Assembly: GCA_963783375.1 (NCBI GenBank)
Contig: CAWANH010000029.1
Coordinates: 32,001 to 96,000, forward strand
Reading direction: 5' to 3'
From: Candidatus Eiseniibacteriota bacterium
Lineage (GTDB): Bacteria; Eisenbacteria; RBG-16-71-46; JABDJR01
Length of the DNA: 64,000 nucleotides
Numbering within the stretch: position 1 is the first letter of the stretch; the number at the start of each line of letters is the position of its first letter. The position numbers and the translations under genes were made by a program. This document shows, in pieces, positions 39,801 to 51,781 of the stretch. Below the pieces are notes generated by a model that was not told the DNA's origin, made no database searches, and worked only from the letters and a program-made list of their open reading frames with translations.

Positions 39801-41650
39801 TCACCAGCTCCGACTTGAGGGGGTACAACATCTATCGGGCCCTCCAATCCGCCGGACCCTTCGCCCGCGTCAACCCGACCCCCATCGGGCGCATCTCCTA
39901 CTACCGGGACGAGGATCTCCCCCCGCTCACTCGCTTCTACTACAAGGTCGCCTCGGTGGATTCCTCGGGGAACGAGAGCGGAACCTCCGGGATCGCCCAG
40001 GCCACCACGAGCCTGCCGGCGGATCCCGGTTTTCCCCTGGCGCTGGGGGGGGCCACGTCGTCCTCGCCCTGCCTGGCCTATCTGAGCGGCGATACTCGCG
40101 CGGAAATCGTCACCGGTGCGGAGGAGATCTACGCCGCCCAGTACGACGGGAAGGAGCTCATCGACGGGGACCACGACAGCCGCACCTACGGCGTCTTCTC
40201 CTCCACGGGGTTCGGACCTTTCTGGAGCCCGCCCGCGGTCGGGGACCTGGATCACGACGGGGTGGAGGAGATCGTCAGCGCGGGGTGGAACAGCGGGTAT
40301 CTCTACGTCTGGGAATCCCACGGCCAGATCCGCCAGGGATGGCCCCGCCAGATCAACATCGACGGTAGCGCCGCCCCTTCCATCTGGGGAGCGCCGGTGC
40401 TGGCCGACCTGGACGGGGACGGTCGCATGGAGATCATCATCAACGCCGGCCGCTACACGTTCGCTTTCCGCGATGACGGCGCCGAGTTCGTCGACGGCGA
40501 CAACGACCCATCCACCTACGGAGTCCTCATCCGCATGGGGTCGGCGGCCAACTACAGCACCCCGGCGGTGGCGGACCTGAACCAGGACACCATTCCCGAG
40601 ATCATCGTGGGATCCCGGGACGGAAAACTGTACGTGGTGGAGCCGGACGGCGCCCCGTTGCCCGGCTTCCCCTTCGTTTCCGGAGGGGACATCAGCAGTT
40701 CCCCGGCGATCGGAGACCTCGACAACGACGGCCTCCCCGAGATCGTGTTCGCCAACGGCAACCTCCAGGCGTTCGCCCTCAACGTCAACCTGCAGCAGCC
40801 TCCGGGCTGGCCCCAGGGGGCGAACATGAACCGGGACTATGATTCCTCGCCCGCCCTGGCCGACATGGACGGCGACGGCTACCTCGACGTGGTTATCTGC
40901 GCGGGGAATGGGACCCCCTTCATGTGGCACGGCCAGAACGGGCAGAAGTTCCCGGGGTGGGGATTCGTGCTCTACGACAACGAGGGAAGCAAGCTGGGAC
41001 TGTCCAGTTCGCCCGCGGTGGGGAACCTGGATGACGACCCCGAACTGGAGGTCTGCTTCGGGGCCAACGACGGCAATCTCTACGCCTACAACGTGGATGC
41101 CACCCTGGTGCCGGGATTCCCGATCGGCACCGCCAACCGGATCGAGGGAGGCCCGCTCCTCTGGGACATCGACAACGACGGGTACACCGAGGTGGTGGTG
41201 CACGACCTCGACCAGAACCTCTACGTCTGGAAGTCACCCGGAGCCTTCGATCCCCAGAATCAGCCCTGGCCCATGTTCCATCACGACAGCCACCGGACCG
41301 GCGTGGCCACCAGCCCGATCTGGGTGGTCACCGGGGTGCCGGCGGAGAAGCCGGCCCCGCGCCGTCCCGTTCTGGCTCCGAACTTTCCCAACCCGTTCTC
41401 CTCGGCCACCCATATCGAGTACCGGATTCCCGAGGGCGCGCCCGCCGGGGCGAACGTCGATCTCTCGATCTACGATCTCTCGGGCCGGGAGGTCCGTACC
41501 CTGGCTCATGGGCTTCAGCCCGCGGGGACGCACGTGGCGCGTTGGGACGGCACCGACGGAAACGGTCGGAGGGTGACCGCCGGTATCTACTTCTATCGCC
41601 TGCGGGTCGGATCCGAGCGCCTGACCAGGAAGCTCGTGCTCATTCCCTGA
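36899..41650 (+). CDS. C25 (gingipain-like) cysteine peptidase with propeptide, Ig/FN3, FG-GAP repeats and FlgD-like/T9SS-type C-terminal domain
   Basis: AAGGAGG RBS; EPGLPALP propeptide; YLIIT, YVLLAGD, PTDLYF..LDGNW; catalytic HVGHG and AINC; GDLDxDG repeats; NFPNPF...YDLSGREV...WDGTD...GIYFYRL...KLVLIP*. Confidence 0.92.
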   Translation: MHPSPRVILWILFASLLLPLAPMAPRASETILHVDRRYDAGRLRVGAGAAGVSVSLEGLRNLEEPGLPALPVDRVTVEAPPGMRLADIGVRVSGESQAAITAPPAAFRADAGPDRTPVGADPSVYGGTTPFPTRTAEILPGGYFRGRRMETVEIHPVRWLPAVGRLVTAGHVELELRFEPDNSTNRLRPRNVAWEPEDRFAEAARALESVSSPEVSLDHHRRLSPLVNGGEPFSPRFLPSEDGSPVRYLIITTDSMAPAFQDLADWKTALGFPTVVRTTAWIYANYPRGVDHAEDVRNFVREAVEKWGVEYVLLAGDLGQVPVRYGKSYYYTGDLIPTDLYFMCLDGNWDGNGDDLFGQAYVNATVKGDGADLYPDVWEGRLPVRSAAEASQYIAKVKNYETKAPLGPGFGDEALLLGEMVVPQNWSQGDTVLYDGAGLCESAGSYMTPGIASHRMYENYTQYSGAFWEVKPDVVAQINHGYNMILHVGHGYRNTMSVGYDSQSLANGDVDAFYNGNRQGLLYAINCTSSAFDFDCIADHFIRNPNGGVVASIGSTRYDFPFTGRHYQDEFFHQVYDAGITRLGDVAALQKVPFIPLSSKDGEYRWTQFNLILMGDPTLDLYTGPVDTLSATLLSPPVLGQNAYTVQVSASSGPVEGATVCLNKAGDSYGYAVTDAAGQAVIQFDPDLPGAATLGARAHNFRSRVDTIQVAAPAGLHLFAGDVVIDDAAGGDGDGILEAGETALLYPVLGNQGGSTATGVTVTVVQAPAGITVLDGSASCPEVLPDSTAACTDPLEVLVDPAAPDVSLQTLDLHISAGAYVRDLPMALYVGAPSLLVAGSAWRDTVGNGNGDGIVQAGEDQFFRVTLENLGLGVAAGLTASLTSADPAVQISDGTSFYGDLEPDSSATGDGFLFRFSDSDPTHAMRLTVAAQGGVLLDRDVNIVPPAAPVGLAAQGGAEDIGLRWYPVTSSDLRGYNIYRALQSAGPFARVNPTPIGRISYYRDEDLPPLTRFYYKVASVDSSGNESGTSGIAQATTSLPADPGFPLALGGATSSSPCLAYLSGDTRAEIVTGAEEIYAAQYDGKELIDGDHDSRTYGVFSSTGFGPFWSPPAVGDLDHDGVEEIVSAGWNSGYLYVWESHGQIRQGWPRQINIDGSAAPSIWGAPVLADLDGDGRMEIIINAGRYTFAFRDDGAEFVDGDNDPSTYGVLIRMGSAANYSTPAVADLNQDTIPEIIVGSRDGKLYVVEPDGAPLPGFPFVSGGDISSSPAIGDLDNDGLPEIVFANGNLQAFALNVNLQQPPGWPQGANMNRDYDSSPALADMDGDGYLDVVICAGNGTPFMWHGQNGQKFPGWGFVLYDNEGSKLGLSSSPAVGNLDDDPELEVCFGANDGNLYAYNVDATLVPGFPIGTANRIEGGPLLWDIDNDGYTEVVVHDLDQNLYVWKSPGAFDPQNQPWPMFHHDSHRTGVATSPIWVVTGVPAEKPAPRRPVLAPNFPNPFSSATHIEYRIPEGAPAGANVDLSIYDLSGREVRTLAHGLQPAGTHVARWDGTDGNGRRVTAGIYFYRLRVGSERLTRKLVLIP

Positions 41651-41776
41651 TCGGGCGATGGCGCGCGGACCCTGGCCGGGTCGGGTCACTCCTGCTACCC
41701 TCTGCCCTCGGTCCGCTCCGCCGGTGCTCCGGACGGCGCGAGGACCGGGGGATCCTCCGTCCATCAGGAATTCGAG

Positions 41777-44700
41777 ATGACCGCTCGCGCCACCCAATTG
41801 ATGCTCGCGATCGCCGCCGCAATCTTCGTCACGACTCCCACGGATCTGCCGGCCTCACGGTCCATCGATGCCGTGGATATCCGGATCGATCCCCGCGGTC
41901 TGACCTGGGAGAGGTCCGGGAGCGGGGTCGGGGCGCGGCTCGAGGGCGCGGCGCCGGCGAACGCGCCGGGGGCGTTCGATCTTCCCCTGCTTCCGGTCAC
42001 CGTGGTCCCCCCTCACGGTTCCCGCCTGGCCGGGATCGAGGTGCTCGACGTCGAGACCACTCCCGTCTCCCCCCCGGCGCCGGTGCGCCGGGTGTCCATG
42101 GAGACGGCGGGCAACTCGGCGGCGGTCGATCTCGCCGCCGGAGAGCCGGCGGTGAAGGCTCCTGGAGGGTACCTGAGGGGACAGCGGCTCGACGCCGTCG
42201 TGCTCTCCCCGGTGCGTCAAGAGGCGGACGGCTCCTGGAGCCTGGTGACCCGGATTCGCCTGGGGCTCAGCTTCGAGACGGACTCCGGAAACGACGTGGC
42301 CCTTCCCCTGCGCGGACCGGTGGGAATTCCTCCCGAACACCTCTCCGGCCGGTTGATTGATCTGTCGGGGGGGGCTCACGGGATCCTCGGGGGCCGGAGC
42401 GCCCCCACCGAGGCCCCGGGGGAGACGAGCGGCGAGCCCTACGACCCCCGCTTCAGTCCGTCCCTGGACGGGAGCCCCGTCGCCTACGTCATCATCACCA
42501 ACCAGGCGATGGCCGGGGAGTTCCAGCGTCTGGCCGACTGGCACACCCGGGAAGGGGAGCCGGCGGTGGTGCGTACGGTCGAGTGGATCGCCGGCGCCTA
42601 CACCGGAGTGGACCTCCAGCAGAAGATCCGGGCGTTCATCCGCGACGCCATGGTCCACTGGGGGACGGAATGGGTGGTGCTGGGGGGCGACACCCCGGTC
42701 ATCCCCGTTCGCTACGGCTTCACCACCTATGTGTACCGATCCGGTTCGGAGATTCCCACCGATCTCTACTACCAATGCCTGGACGGCAACTGGAACGCGA
42801 ACGGCAACATCGAATTCGGCGAGGCGGACGTCACCCGGCCCGACCGGGTGGACGACGCCGACCTGCTCCCGGACGTGTGGCTGGCCCGCATGTCCGCCTC
42901 CAGTCCCGAGGAGGCGCGAGTCCTGGTCGACAAGACGCTTCGCTACGAGATTCATCCCCCGGTGGCCGCGGACTATCCGGCCTCCGCCCTTCTTCTGGGG
43001 GAGGTGCTCTTTCCCTCCAGCTGGAGCCGCGGGGACACCGTGGTCTACGACGGCGCGGATCTGGCCGAGGACGTGCGGCAGGAGCTGCCGGCCTCGATGA
43101 TCATGAAGCGCCTCTACGAGAACTACGCCAAGTTCCCCGGATCGGAGCCCGAATCCCTCTCCGCGGTCCGGCGGGAGATCAACCGGGGCTACGGGATCGT
43201 TCACCACGTGGGCCACGGCTACGTCAACAACATGTCGGTGGGGATCGACGGACACTCCCTGGTCTACGGCGACGCGGACGGGGCCGTGAACGGGGATCGC
43301 ACGTTCGTCCTTTACGCGATCAATTGCGCTTCCGCCGCCGTCGATTACACTTGCATCGACGAGCACTTCCTTCGGAATTCCCACGGAGGGGCGGTGGCGG
43401 CGGTCGGGGCCACGCGCTCGCTCTACCCGGGGACCAACCACTTCTACGACCTGAAGTTCTACCAGCTCGTCTTCGGCGACCTGCCGGAGGCGGGGGACGA
43501 TCTCGATCGCCTCGGGAAGGGAACCGCGGTGGCCAAGGCGGCCTTCACCTCCCTGGCCGGCTACAACAATTCCCATCGATGGACCCAGTTCACCCTTACC
43601 TGCCTGGGTGACCCGGCCCTCCGGATCTGGTCCGCCTCCCCCGAGTCGCTCCAGGTCACCCATCCCGCGGAAATCGCCGCCGGCGAGCGAACGGTCACCG
43701 TGACGGTGCAGAGCGCCGGTGCGCCGGAGCCGGGGGCGCGGGTCACGCTCTTCAAGGACGGGGAGACCTACGCCAGCGCGACCACCGACGCCGCGGGGGA
43801 GGCCCGGCTCGTCGCGCGCCCCCGAACCGGTGGAACCCTGGCTCTCACCGTCACCGCCCGGAACCGGCTTCCCGTTCTGGAGGACATCCCGGTCGGCGGC
43901 GCCGACGGCCCCCTGCCCTCCTTGACCGCGACGACGGTGGACGACCCGGTGGCGGGCGGAGGGAACGGCGACGGAACCCTCGAGGCCGGGGAGTCGGCCC
44001 GGCTCGTCTTCACCCTCCGGAACCTGGGTACGGGAACGCTCACCGGCATCACCCTCTCCGCGCCGACGTCGGCGGGCCCGGTGAGCTTCGGTCCGCCCTC
44101 CGGAGGCCCCGGCGCCCTCGACCCCGGCGCCTCCGGCGAATATGACTTTGCGGTGAGCGTCGACGACCAGGCGGAGGATCTCACCACCGCACCTCTCGTT
44201 CTCACCGCGAGGGCGGATCAGGGGACCTGGTCCCTGCCCGCCGCCCTGCGGGTCGGCGCTGCCGCCCTGGAGATCTACGGCCTGACGGTGACCGAGGTCT
44301 CGGGCGACATGGACGGGATCCCGGAAGCGGGGGAGACGGTGGACGTTGAGCCGGCGATCCTGAATCGCGGGGGGGAGCCGGTTTCGCAATGAGCGGCGTA
44401 CTCACCCTGGAGGCCGGGTCGGCCAAGATCGCGGTGGGGGAGACGGACTACCCGGACGCATCCCCCGGAGAGGTCGTCGTGCCGGCGGTTGCCTTCCGGG
44501 TGGCTCTTCAGGACCCGGCCGCCTCGCTGAAGTTTCGGCTGGTTCTCTCCGATGCCGCGGGGGTCCGGCTCGACATGCCCGTCGACCTCGTTCCCCCCGC
44601 CCCGCCGATCGGAGTGGAGGCGCGGGGAGTCGCCTCGGCCATCACCGTGAGCTGGGCGGCCAGCCCCGACACCGACGTCGCGCGCTACGTCGTCAGCCGT

Positions 44701-47142
44701 TCCGAGGATGCCGCCGGGCCGTCCCCCTTCCTCCGCATCAACGGGTTCGATACCCAGGGATTCCGGTATCACACCGACGCGGGGTACCAGGGATTCGCCG
44801 TCCGCTACTACGAGATCCGCGCTCAGGACTCGAGCGGCAACCTGTCCGCGCCCACGCCCCCGGTTCGCGGCACCACCAGCCTCGAGCTCCTGCCCTCCTT
44901 CCCGATGGAGGCCGAGGTGGGGACCCAGGCGTCGCCCACCGTGGCCGACGTGGACGGCGACGGGGTTCTCGACATCTTCACCGGCCGGGAGGAGGTCTAC
45001 GGCTTCCATGCCGACGGCTCCGAGCTTCGGGACGGGGATGGCCAGTCCCGCACGCTCGGGGTGTGGTCGAGCGCCTCGTTGCAGGACTTCCCGCGCTGGG
45101 GCTTCATGGCTTCTCCTTCCATCGGCGATCTCGACGGGGACGGCCGCCTGGAGGTGGTGGACGTGAGCTTCACCAGCGGGACGCTCTACGTGTGGGACTC
45201 CCTCGGCCATATCCGCCCGGGCTGGCCGCGCACCCTGGTCAATGGGACGGCCGCGGCCATCGCCAGCCCCCTCCTGGCCGATGTCACCGGCGACGGACGG
45301 CTGGAGATCATGGTTCAGGCGGGAGGGGCCCTGTACGCTTTCGAACCCGACGGGAGCGAGGTGGCCGATGGGGATCACGACCCCTCCACTACCGGGGTTC
45401 TCTACCAACACGGGCTGTCCGGTTCCTACGGCACTCCCGCCGCCGCAGATCTGGACGGGGACGGAAAGGTGGAGATCGTGCTTCCGGTGCGGGGGCTGAG
45501 CGGTCAGCATCAGAGCGCCGGACGGGTGGTCGTTCTCCACGGTGACGGCGCCGTGCTTCCCGGCTGGCCGGTGATCTTCAGCGGAGCGATCAGCTCTTCC
45601 CCGGCCCTGGCCGATCTCGACGGGAACGGGAAGATCGACATCATCGTCTCCACGGGCTCGGATTCCCTCGAGGTTCTCGACGTCAGCGGACACCGCCTCC
45701 CCGGGTGGCCCCGGTACGTCCTGATGGACCAGGACATCATGTCTTCCCCCGGAGTGGCGGACGTGGACAACGACGGGTCCCTCGACGTGGCCGTGGTTTC
45801 GGGAGACGGGAACGCCTACCTCTGGCACGCCGACGGCACGTCCTTCCCGGGGTTCCCCTACCGGTTCGGCGACGCGCTGGGGAACCGTATCTCCGCCCGC
45901 GGCTGCCCCACCCTGGCCAACCTGGATGACGACGAGGATCTCGAGATGGTCTTCGGCAACAACCAGGGGTGGGTGGTGGGATTGAATCCGGACGGGACCT
46001 TCGTCGAGGGGTTCCCGATCAAGGTGGACGCCGAGATGAGCGGCGGGGTGCTGGTCTCCGATCTGGATGGGGACGGCTTGAACGAGCTTTGTTTTTCGGG
46101 CTACGATCCCAAGATCTTTCTCTATAAGACGGGCGGTCGCGTGACCGCGAACCCGGGGTGGACGATGTTCCACCACGATCCGCGGCACACCGGCTACGTG
46201 GGAACCCCCCCCCTGGAAGGGCGGGTGCCGCGTCTCACCCTGACCCTGCTTCAGACTCCCCAGGCCCCGGAGACCGCGGTCGCATACCTGGTTTCCACCC
46301 GCGCTCTCGACGGACTCCCTTCGGTGACCCTGGACGGCTCCGCGCTCGGCGTCGCCGAACCGGACCCCTCGCGCCGGCTCTATCGCGCCGCGGTGTCCCT
46401 GACCGCGGGCTCCCACCGATTGGCCGCCTCGGCGGTCACGGTGGACGGGGTCGCCGGGAACGCCGAGCGGGATTACGACGTGGTGGTGGCTCCGGCCCCG
46501 GGAACCTGGGTCGACGCCCCTGGCTCGGGGGTCGCCATCCTGTCCGGGGGAGCGCTGAGCGCCCCCCTGGCGCTCCTCCGCCTGGACCCGGGAGAGACCG
46601 TAGACCCCGCCTACGCTCCGGCGGGAGCCGGGGTGCGGGTTCTGGTCGGGAGCCCCGGCCCCGCGCCGAAGGGAACCCGTGTGGCGTTCGAGGTTCCGGA
46701 ACGCTGGCCGGGGGCCTCGGTCTTCCGCTGGGACGGATCGGCGTGGCGGAGGGAAACGGTGATCGGGTTCCGTCCGGGGCGGGCCACCGTCGCGATCGCC
46801 GGCTTCGGCTGGTTCCGGCTCACTTCGGCGCCGGCGGCGGAGCCTCGGGCGGCGATCACCCTGGCCCCCCCCGCCCCGAATCCCTTCGTGGGGGCGACGC
46901 GGGTGGCCTTCACCCTGAGCGCGGCGAGCCGGGTCCGGGTGGACGTGTTCGATCTTCGAGGCGCCCGGGTGCGTGGACTGGCCGACCGGGACTTCCCGGC
47001 CGGGGAGACCGCGCTGGGCTGGGACGGTCGCGACGATCTCGGACGGGCGGTGGCCCCCGGGGTCTTCTTCGTGCGGATCACCGGGGGCGCGGGGGCGGCG
47101 TCGGCCAAGGTGATCCGGCTGTCCCGGGGAGACCAGCGATGA
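41777..47142 (+). CDS. Second C25 peptidase paralog, split by a frameshift at G7 tract 44369-44375 (ORFs 41777..44392 and 44389..47142)
   Basis: Collinear with the first paralog (HVGHG, AINC, FG-GAP repeats, CTD). Adding one G gives LNRGGGAGFAMSGVL, matching LENLGLGVAAGLTASL in paralog 1. The second ORF lacks a signal peptide. Confidence 0.85.
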
Positions 47143-47744
47143 GCCGCATGTCTCCCTTTTGCTTCGCGCCGCTCTGCCTGGGGCTTCTCGTTCTGGGATG
47201 CGGGGGGAGCGGCGGACCGGTCGTGCCCCCCGAGCCCACCGCGTCCGGCCTCACCGCCGAGGGGTGGCGAAGCTTCGAGGCCGGTTCCCTGGACGAGGCG
47301 GCGAGCCGGTTCTCGGACGCCGCCGACCTGGACAGCGCCTACGCCGATGCCCGAACCGGCCTGGGTTGGGTGGCGCTTCGCAGGAGCGACTACGCCGGGG
47401 CGGAGATCCGCTTTGCCGAAGCGCTGGATCTCGACTCCACCGCGGTCGGCGCGCTGGGGGGGAACGTGGTGGTCGCGGCCGCTCTCGACCGCCCCGCGGA
47501 GGTGCGCGACCGGGGCCAGGCGCTCCTGGACGACCACCCCCAGTTCGAGTTCGCCCACGACCGGACCTTCTCCGCGTCGGACGTCCGGTGGTTGGTGGCC
47601 CGGGCCGCCCTCGATCTGGGGGACGACGAGACGCTCCTGGCCCAGCTCGGAGTCCTGGCCCCGGGCAACGCGCTCGACCCGGCCGCCGCCGACTTCTCGG
47701 AACAGGCGCTGGCCCTCCTGGAAAGCCTCCGGCGGTCGGTCTGA
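47139..47744 (+). CDS. TPR-containing lipoprotein
   Basis: 3' part of ORF 46158..47744; ATGA overlap with the C25 gene; lipobox LVLG-C; TPR-like ADARTGLGWVAL. Confidence 0.8.
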   Translation: MSRMSPFCFAPLCLGLLVLGCGGSGGPVVPPEPTASGLTAEGWRSFEAGSLDEAASRFSDAADLDSAYADARTGLGWVALRRSDYAGAEIRFAEALDLDSTAVGALGGNVVVAAALDRPAEVRDRGQALLDDHPQFEFAHDRTFSASDVRWLVARAALDLGDDETLLAQLGVLAPGNALDPAAADFSEQALALLESLRRSV

Positions 47745-47985
47745 GGTGATCCGCTTCACCCTCGCCCTTTCCGGCGCGCGGGGCACGGTGGGGCAGGTGG
47801 TGAACCCGGTGGGTCGTCTGGTGGACGCCGAACCCGGGCTCCGATCGGTGGCCGGGCTCGTGCTGCCGGGGTTTCCGAGGCCCGTCCGAGGCCCCGGCCC
47901 GCGCTCCCCGCGCCCTCGGGTTCCGTGGTAGAATCCTCCGCTTCGCATTCCAAGTCGTTCGACGCGAGCCGCGATCGAGGTGGTC

Positions 47986-49530
47986 ATGTCCCAAAAACCG
48001 GTGCGAACGCGGGTGGCTCCCTCGCCCACCGGCGATCCCCACGTGGGGACGGCCTATCAAGCCCTCTTCAACTACGCCTTCGCCAAGGGCCGGGGGGGCT
48101 CCTTCGTCCTGCGCATCGAGGACACCGACCGCGCCCGCTCCACCGCCGCCTCCGAAACGGCCATCCTCGATTCCCTCCGCTGGCTGGGACTTTCCTGGGA
48201 CGAGGGTCCCGACCGGGGGGGGCCCCACGCCCCCTACCGCCAGAGCGAGCGGCTCGCCATCTACCGGGAGCACGTGGCGCGGCTCCTGGACGCGGGGACG
48301 GCCTATCGCTGCTTCTGCACCCGGGAGCGCCTGGAGGAGATGCGGAAGCGCCAGGGGACAGGGACGGGGTACGACCGTCACTGCCGCGACCTCCCCGCCG
48401 CCGAATCCCGGGCCCGCGCCGAGGCGGGGGAGGCGCACGTGGTGCGGATGAAGGTGCCGCTTTCCGGCGTGTGCGTGATCCACGACCTGCTTCGCGGGGA
48501 GATCCGGAAGGACTGGGCGTCGGTGGACGACCAGGTCATCCAGAAGTCCGACGGGTTTCCCACCTACCACCTCGCGGTGGTGGTGGACGATCACCTGATG
48601 GAGATCAGCCACGTGATCCGCGGGGAGGAGTGGATCAACTCCGTTCCCAAGCACCTCAAGCTCTATGAGGACTTCGGCTGGGAGCCCCCGGTCCACTGCC
48701 ACCTGCCGCTCCTCCGGAACGACGACGCCAACAAGACCAAGCTCTCCAAGCGGAAGAACCCCACCTCGATCAACTACTACCGGCGGGCGGGGTTTCTCCC
48801 GGAAGCGCTCCTCAACTTCCTGGGTCTCATGGGTTGGTTGATGCCGAACGGGGAGGAGAAGTTCTCCCTCGACGACATGGCCCGGAACCTGAACCTCGAG
48901 ACGATCTCCCTGGGGGGACCGGTGTTCGGCGCCGCCAAGCTCCGATGGCTGAACGCCCGCTACATCCGGGAGAACTACACCGCGCCGGGTCTTCAGGCCG
49001 CGCTGGAGCGCTGGGCGCTGAATCCGGAGACCGTGGCGCGGATCGTCCCCCTGGTCCAGCCGCGGTTGGAGACCCTGGGGGACTGGGGGCGGCTCACCGC
49101 TCCGTTCTTCTCCGACCAGGTGACCTTCGATCCGGACGCGCTGCTCATCAAGGGCCACGACCGGGACGAGACCCGGGCGATCCTCCAGATGGCGGCCTGG
49201 CGCCTGGACGGGATCCGCGAGTTCACCGCGCCGGTTCTCGAAGCCGGCTTCACCGAGTTGGCCTCCGCCCTCGGTCTCAAGCTTCGTGACCTGTTGGCTC
49301 CGCTCTACGTGGCCCTGAGCGGATCCAGGGTCTGGACCCCCCTCTACGATTCCATGGAGATCCTGGGAGCGGACATGGTCCGGGTACGGCTCCGGCGGGC
49401 TCTGGAGGAACTGGGCGGGGTGTCCGGGAAAGAGACCAAACGGCTGGAGAAGCGCTACGAGAACCTGTTTTCCGGGAACGATTCCCCGCCCCCCGTGAAA
49501 CCCGACCCCCGTGAAGGGACCGATCCATGA
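47986..49530 (+). CDS. gltX: Glutamate--tRNA ligase
   Basis: [50 protein letters not shown]. Confidence 0.97.
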   Translation: MSQKPVRTRVAPSPTGDPHVGTAYQALFNYAFAKGRGGSFVLRIEDTDRARSTAASETAILDSLRWLGLSWDEGPDRGGPHAPYRQSERLAIYREHVARLLDAGTAYRCFCTRERLEEMRKRQGTGTGYDRHCRDLPAAESRARAEAGEAHVVRMKVPLSGVCVIHDLLRGEIRKDWASVDDQVIQKSDGFPTYHLAVVVDDHLMEISHVIRGEEWINSVPKHLKLYEDFGWEPPVHCHLPLLRNDDANKTKLSKRKNPTSINYYRRAGFLPEALLNFLGLMGWLMPNGEEKFSLDDMARNLNLETISLGGPVFGAAKLRWLNARYIRENYTAPGLQAALERWALNPETVARIVPLVQPRLETLGDWGRLTAPFFSDQVTFDPDALLIKGHDRDETRAILQMAAWRLDGIREFTAPVLEAGFTELASALGLKLRDLLAPLYVALSGSRVWTPLYDSMEILGADMVRVRLRRALEELGGVSGKETKRLEKRYENLFSGNDSPPPVKPDPREGTDP

Positions 49531-51233
49531 GCGACCCTCGTGACGCCGCGCCGGCCGGCGCCCCCACCGACTTCATCCGCGAGATCGTGGCCCGGGACGT
49601 GGCCGCGGGTAGGAACGGGGGGAAGGTGGTCACCCGCTTCCCCCCCGAGCCCAACGGCTACCTGCACATCGGGCACGTGAAGGCCATCGCCGTGAACTTC
49701 GGGGTGGCCGCCGACTTCGGCGGCTCCTGCAACCTCCGCATGGACGACACCAACCCCATGAAGGAGGAGGCGGAGTACGTGGAGTCCATCCAGACCGACA
49801 TCCGCTGGCTGGGTTTCGACTGGGCGGACCGGCTCTACTTCGCCTCGGACTACTACCAGCGCCTCTACGAGCTGGCCCTGGTCCTGATCGAGCGCGGGAA
49901 GGCGTACGTGGACGACCTCTCCGCCGAGGAGATCCGCGAACACCGGGGTACCCTCACCGAGCCGGGCCGGGAGAGCCCGCACCGGGAGCGATCGGTCGAG
50001 GAGAACCTGGATCTCTTCCGACGCATGCGGGCGGGGGAGTTCCCCGACGGAGCCCGGACCCTGCGGGCCAGGATCGACATGGCCTCGCCCAACCTCAACA
50101 TGCGCGATCCGGTCCTCTACCGCATTCTCCGGGCCCATCATCTCCGCACCGGGGACGCGTGGTGCATCTACCCCATGTACGACTACGCCCATCCGCTCTC
50201 CGACGCCGTCGAGGGGATCACCCACTCTCTCTGCTCCCTGGAGTTCGAGAATCACCGGCCCCTCTACAACTGGGTGCGGGACGAGACCGGGGTGGAGGGC
50301 CGTCCCGAGCAGTACGAGTTCGCCAAGCTGTTCGTGAGCTACACCGTCACCAGCAAGCGCCGGCTCCTCCGACTGGTGCGCGAGGACCGGGTGGACGGAT
50401 GGGACGATCCCCGCATGCCCACCCTGAGCGGGCTGCGGCGGCGGGGCGCCACCCCGACCGCGCTCCGGACCTTCGTGGAGGGGCTGGGGGTGGCCAAGCG
50501 GGAGACCCTGGTGGACGTGTCCCTCCTGGAGTACGCCCTCCGCGAGGATCTGAATCGCACCTCGCCCCGGCGGATGGCGGTGCTCGACCCGGTGAAGCTC
50601 GTGATCACCAACTACCCCGTGGGAAACACCGAGGATCTGGAGGCGGTCAACAACCCCGAAGATCCCGCCGCCGGCACCCGGACCGTGCCCTTCTCCCGGG
50701 AACTCTGGATCGAGCGGGAGGATTTCCGTGAGGTGCCGCCGCCGAAGTACCACCGGCTCTCCCCGGAGAAGGAGGTGCGGCTCCGCTACGCCTACATCGT
50801 CAAGTGCACCGGGGCGGTGAAGGATGCGGACGGGAACGTGATCGAGGTGCATTGCACCTACGATCCGTCCAGCCGGAGCGGGGAAGGATCCGGGCGGAAG
50901 GTGAAGGGCACCATCCACTGGGTGTCCGCCCCGCACGCGGTGGCGGCGGAGGTGCGCCTCTACGACCGGCTCTTCACCGTTCCCGAGCCTCTCTCGGACA
51001 AGAGCGTGGACTTCACCGAACATCTGAACCCGGCCAGCCTCGAGGTGGTGCCGCGGGCGTGGATCGAGCCTTCCCTGGCCCCGGCGGAGCCGGGAAGCCG
51101 CTGGCAGTTCGAGCGCCTGGGCTACTTCTGCGTGGACCACCGCCATTCCGAGCCGGGGGCTCCGGTGTTCAACCGGACGGTGACCCTGCGCGACACCTGG
51201 GCCCGGATCCAGAAGGCCCAGAGAGGGGCGTGA
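49527..51233 (+). CDS. glnS: Glutamine--tRNA ligase
   Basis: [63 protein letters not shown]. Confidence 0.97.
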   Translation: MSDPRDAAPAGAPTDFIREIVARDVAAGRNGGKVVTRFPPEPNGYLHIGHVKAIAVNFGVAADFGGSCNLRMDDTNPMKEEAEYVESIQTDIRWLGFDWADRLYFASDYYQRLYELALVLIERGKAYVDDLSAEEIREHRGTLTEPGRESPHRERSVEENLDLFRRMRAGEFPDGARTLRARIDMASPNLNMRDPVLYRILRAHHLRTGDAWCIYPMYDYAHPLSDAVEGITHSLCSLEFENHRPLYNWVRDETGVEGRPEQYEFAKLFVSYTVTSKRRLLRLVREDRVDGWDDPRMPTLSGLRRRGATPTALRTFVEGLGVAKRETLVDVSLLEYALREDLNRTSPRRMAVLDPVKLVITNYPVGNTEDLEAVNNPEDPAAGTRTVPFSRELWIEREDFREVPPPKYHRLSPEKEVRLRYAYIVKCTGAVKDADGNVIEVHCTYDPSSRSGEGSGRKVKGTIHWVSAPHAVAAEVRLYDRLFTVPEPLSDKSVDFTEHLNPASLEVVPRAWIEPSLAPAEPGSRWQFERLGYFCVDHRHSEPGAPVFNRTVTLRDTWARIQKAQRGA

Positions 51234-51288
51234 GGCCGCCGGCCTCCGGTCCCGGCGGCTTCCCGGTGACGCGAGCCGCGAAACCCGG

Positions 51289-51318
51289 TTGAAGCGGGGG
51301 GATCCCCTTTGCTACAGT
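51289..51318 (+). promoter_or_regulatory. Putative promoter of the tRNA pair
   Basis: TTGAAG-N18-TACAGT with extended -10 TG and GC-rich sequence downstream. Confidence 0.5.
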
Positions 51319-51368
51319 ACCTCGGCGCTGGTGCCCCCCGGGGCTCGGCGGCGGTTTCGACAAGTTGT

Positions 51369-51442
<74 letters not shown>

Positions 51443-51533
51443 ATTGACTCGGCCCCTCGGAGCGAATAAGTCGCCTCACACCAGGGGTTTAAGTGGTCCG
51501 CTCTCCGGGAGCGGCCGCTCTGCAGGCTCGAGT

Positions 51534-51608
51534 GGCCCGTTCGTCTAGTGGTCAGGACAGATGGTTCTCAGCCATCAGACAGGGGTTCGACTCCCCTACG
51601 GGCTACCA
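51534..51608 (+). tRNA. tRNA-Glu (anticodon CTC)
   Basis: Acceptor GGCCCGT/ACGGGCT + ACCA; anticodon arm GATGG-TTCTCAG-CCATC; GGTTCGACTCC T-arm. Confidence 0.97.
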
Positions 51609-51616
51609 ACCTTGCC

Positions 51617-51657
51617 GCCGGGAGGCGCCGATTGCGGCGCAGCCCGGCTGTTTTTTT
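51617..51657 (+). terminator. Rho-independent terminator after the tRNAs
   Basis: GCCGGG..GCGCCG/CGGCGC..CCCGGC stem followed by TGTTTTTTT. Confidence 0.75.
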
Positions 51658-51781
51658 GGGATCCTCACCTCTCTCGCGGCCGGGGAACGCCCGCCCGGCG
51701 GCAAGGTATTAGACTGGGCGGTGGGAGCGGCCACGGGGCCGCCGGGCGGGACCGCCGCCCGGACCATTATCCTCAACCCGA

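Noticed and set aside
44389-47142. Independent gene starting at 44389
   Set aside because: No signal peptide or clear SD, begins mid-domain and is collinear with paralog 1; treated as a frameshifted continuation.
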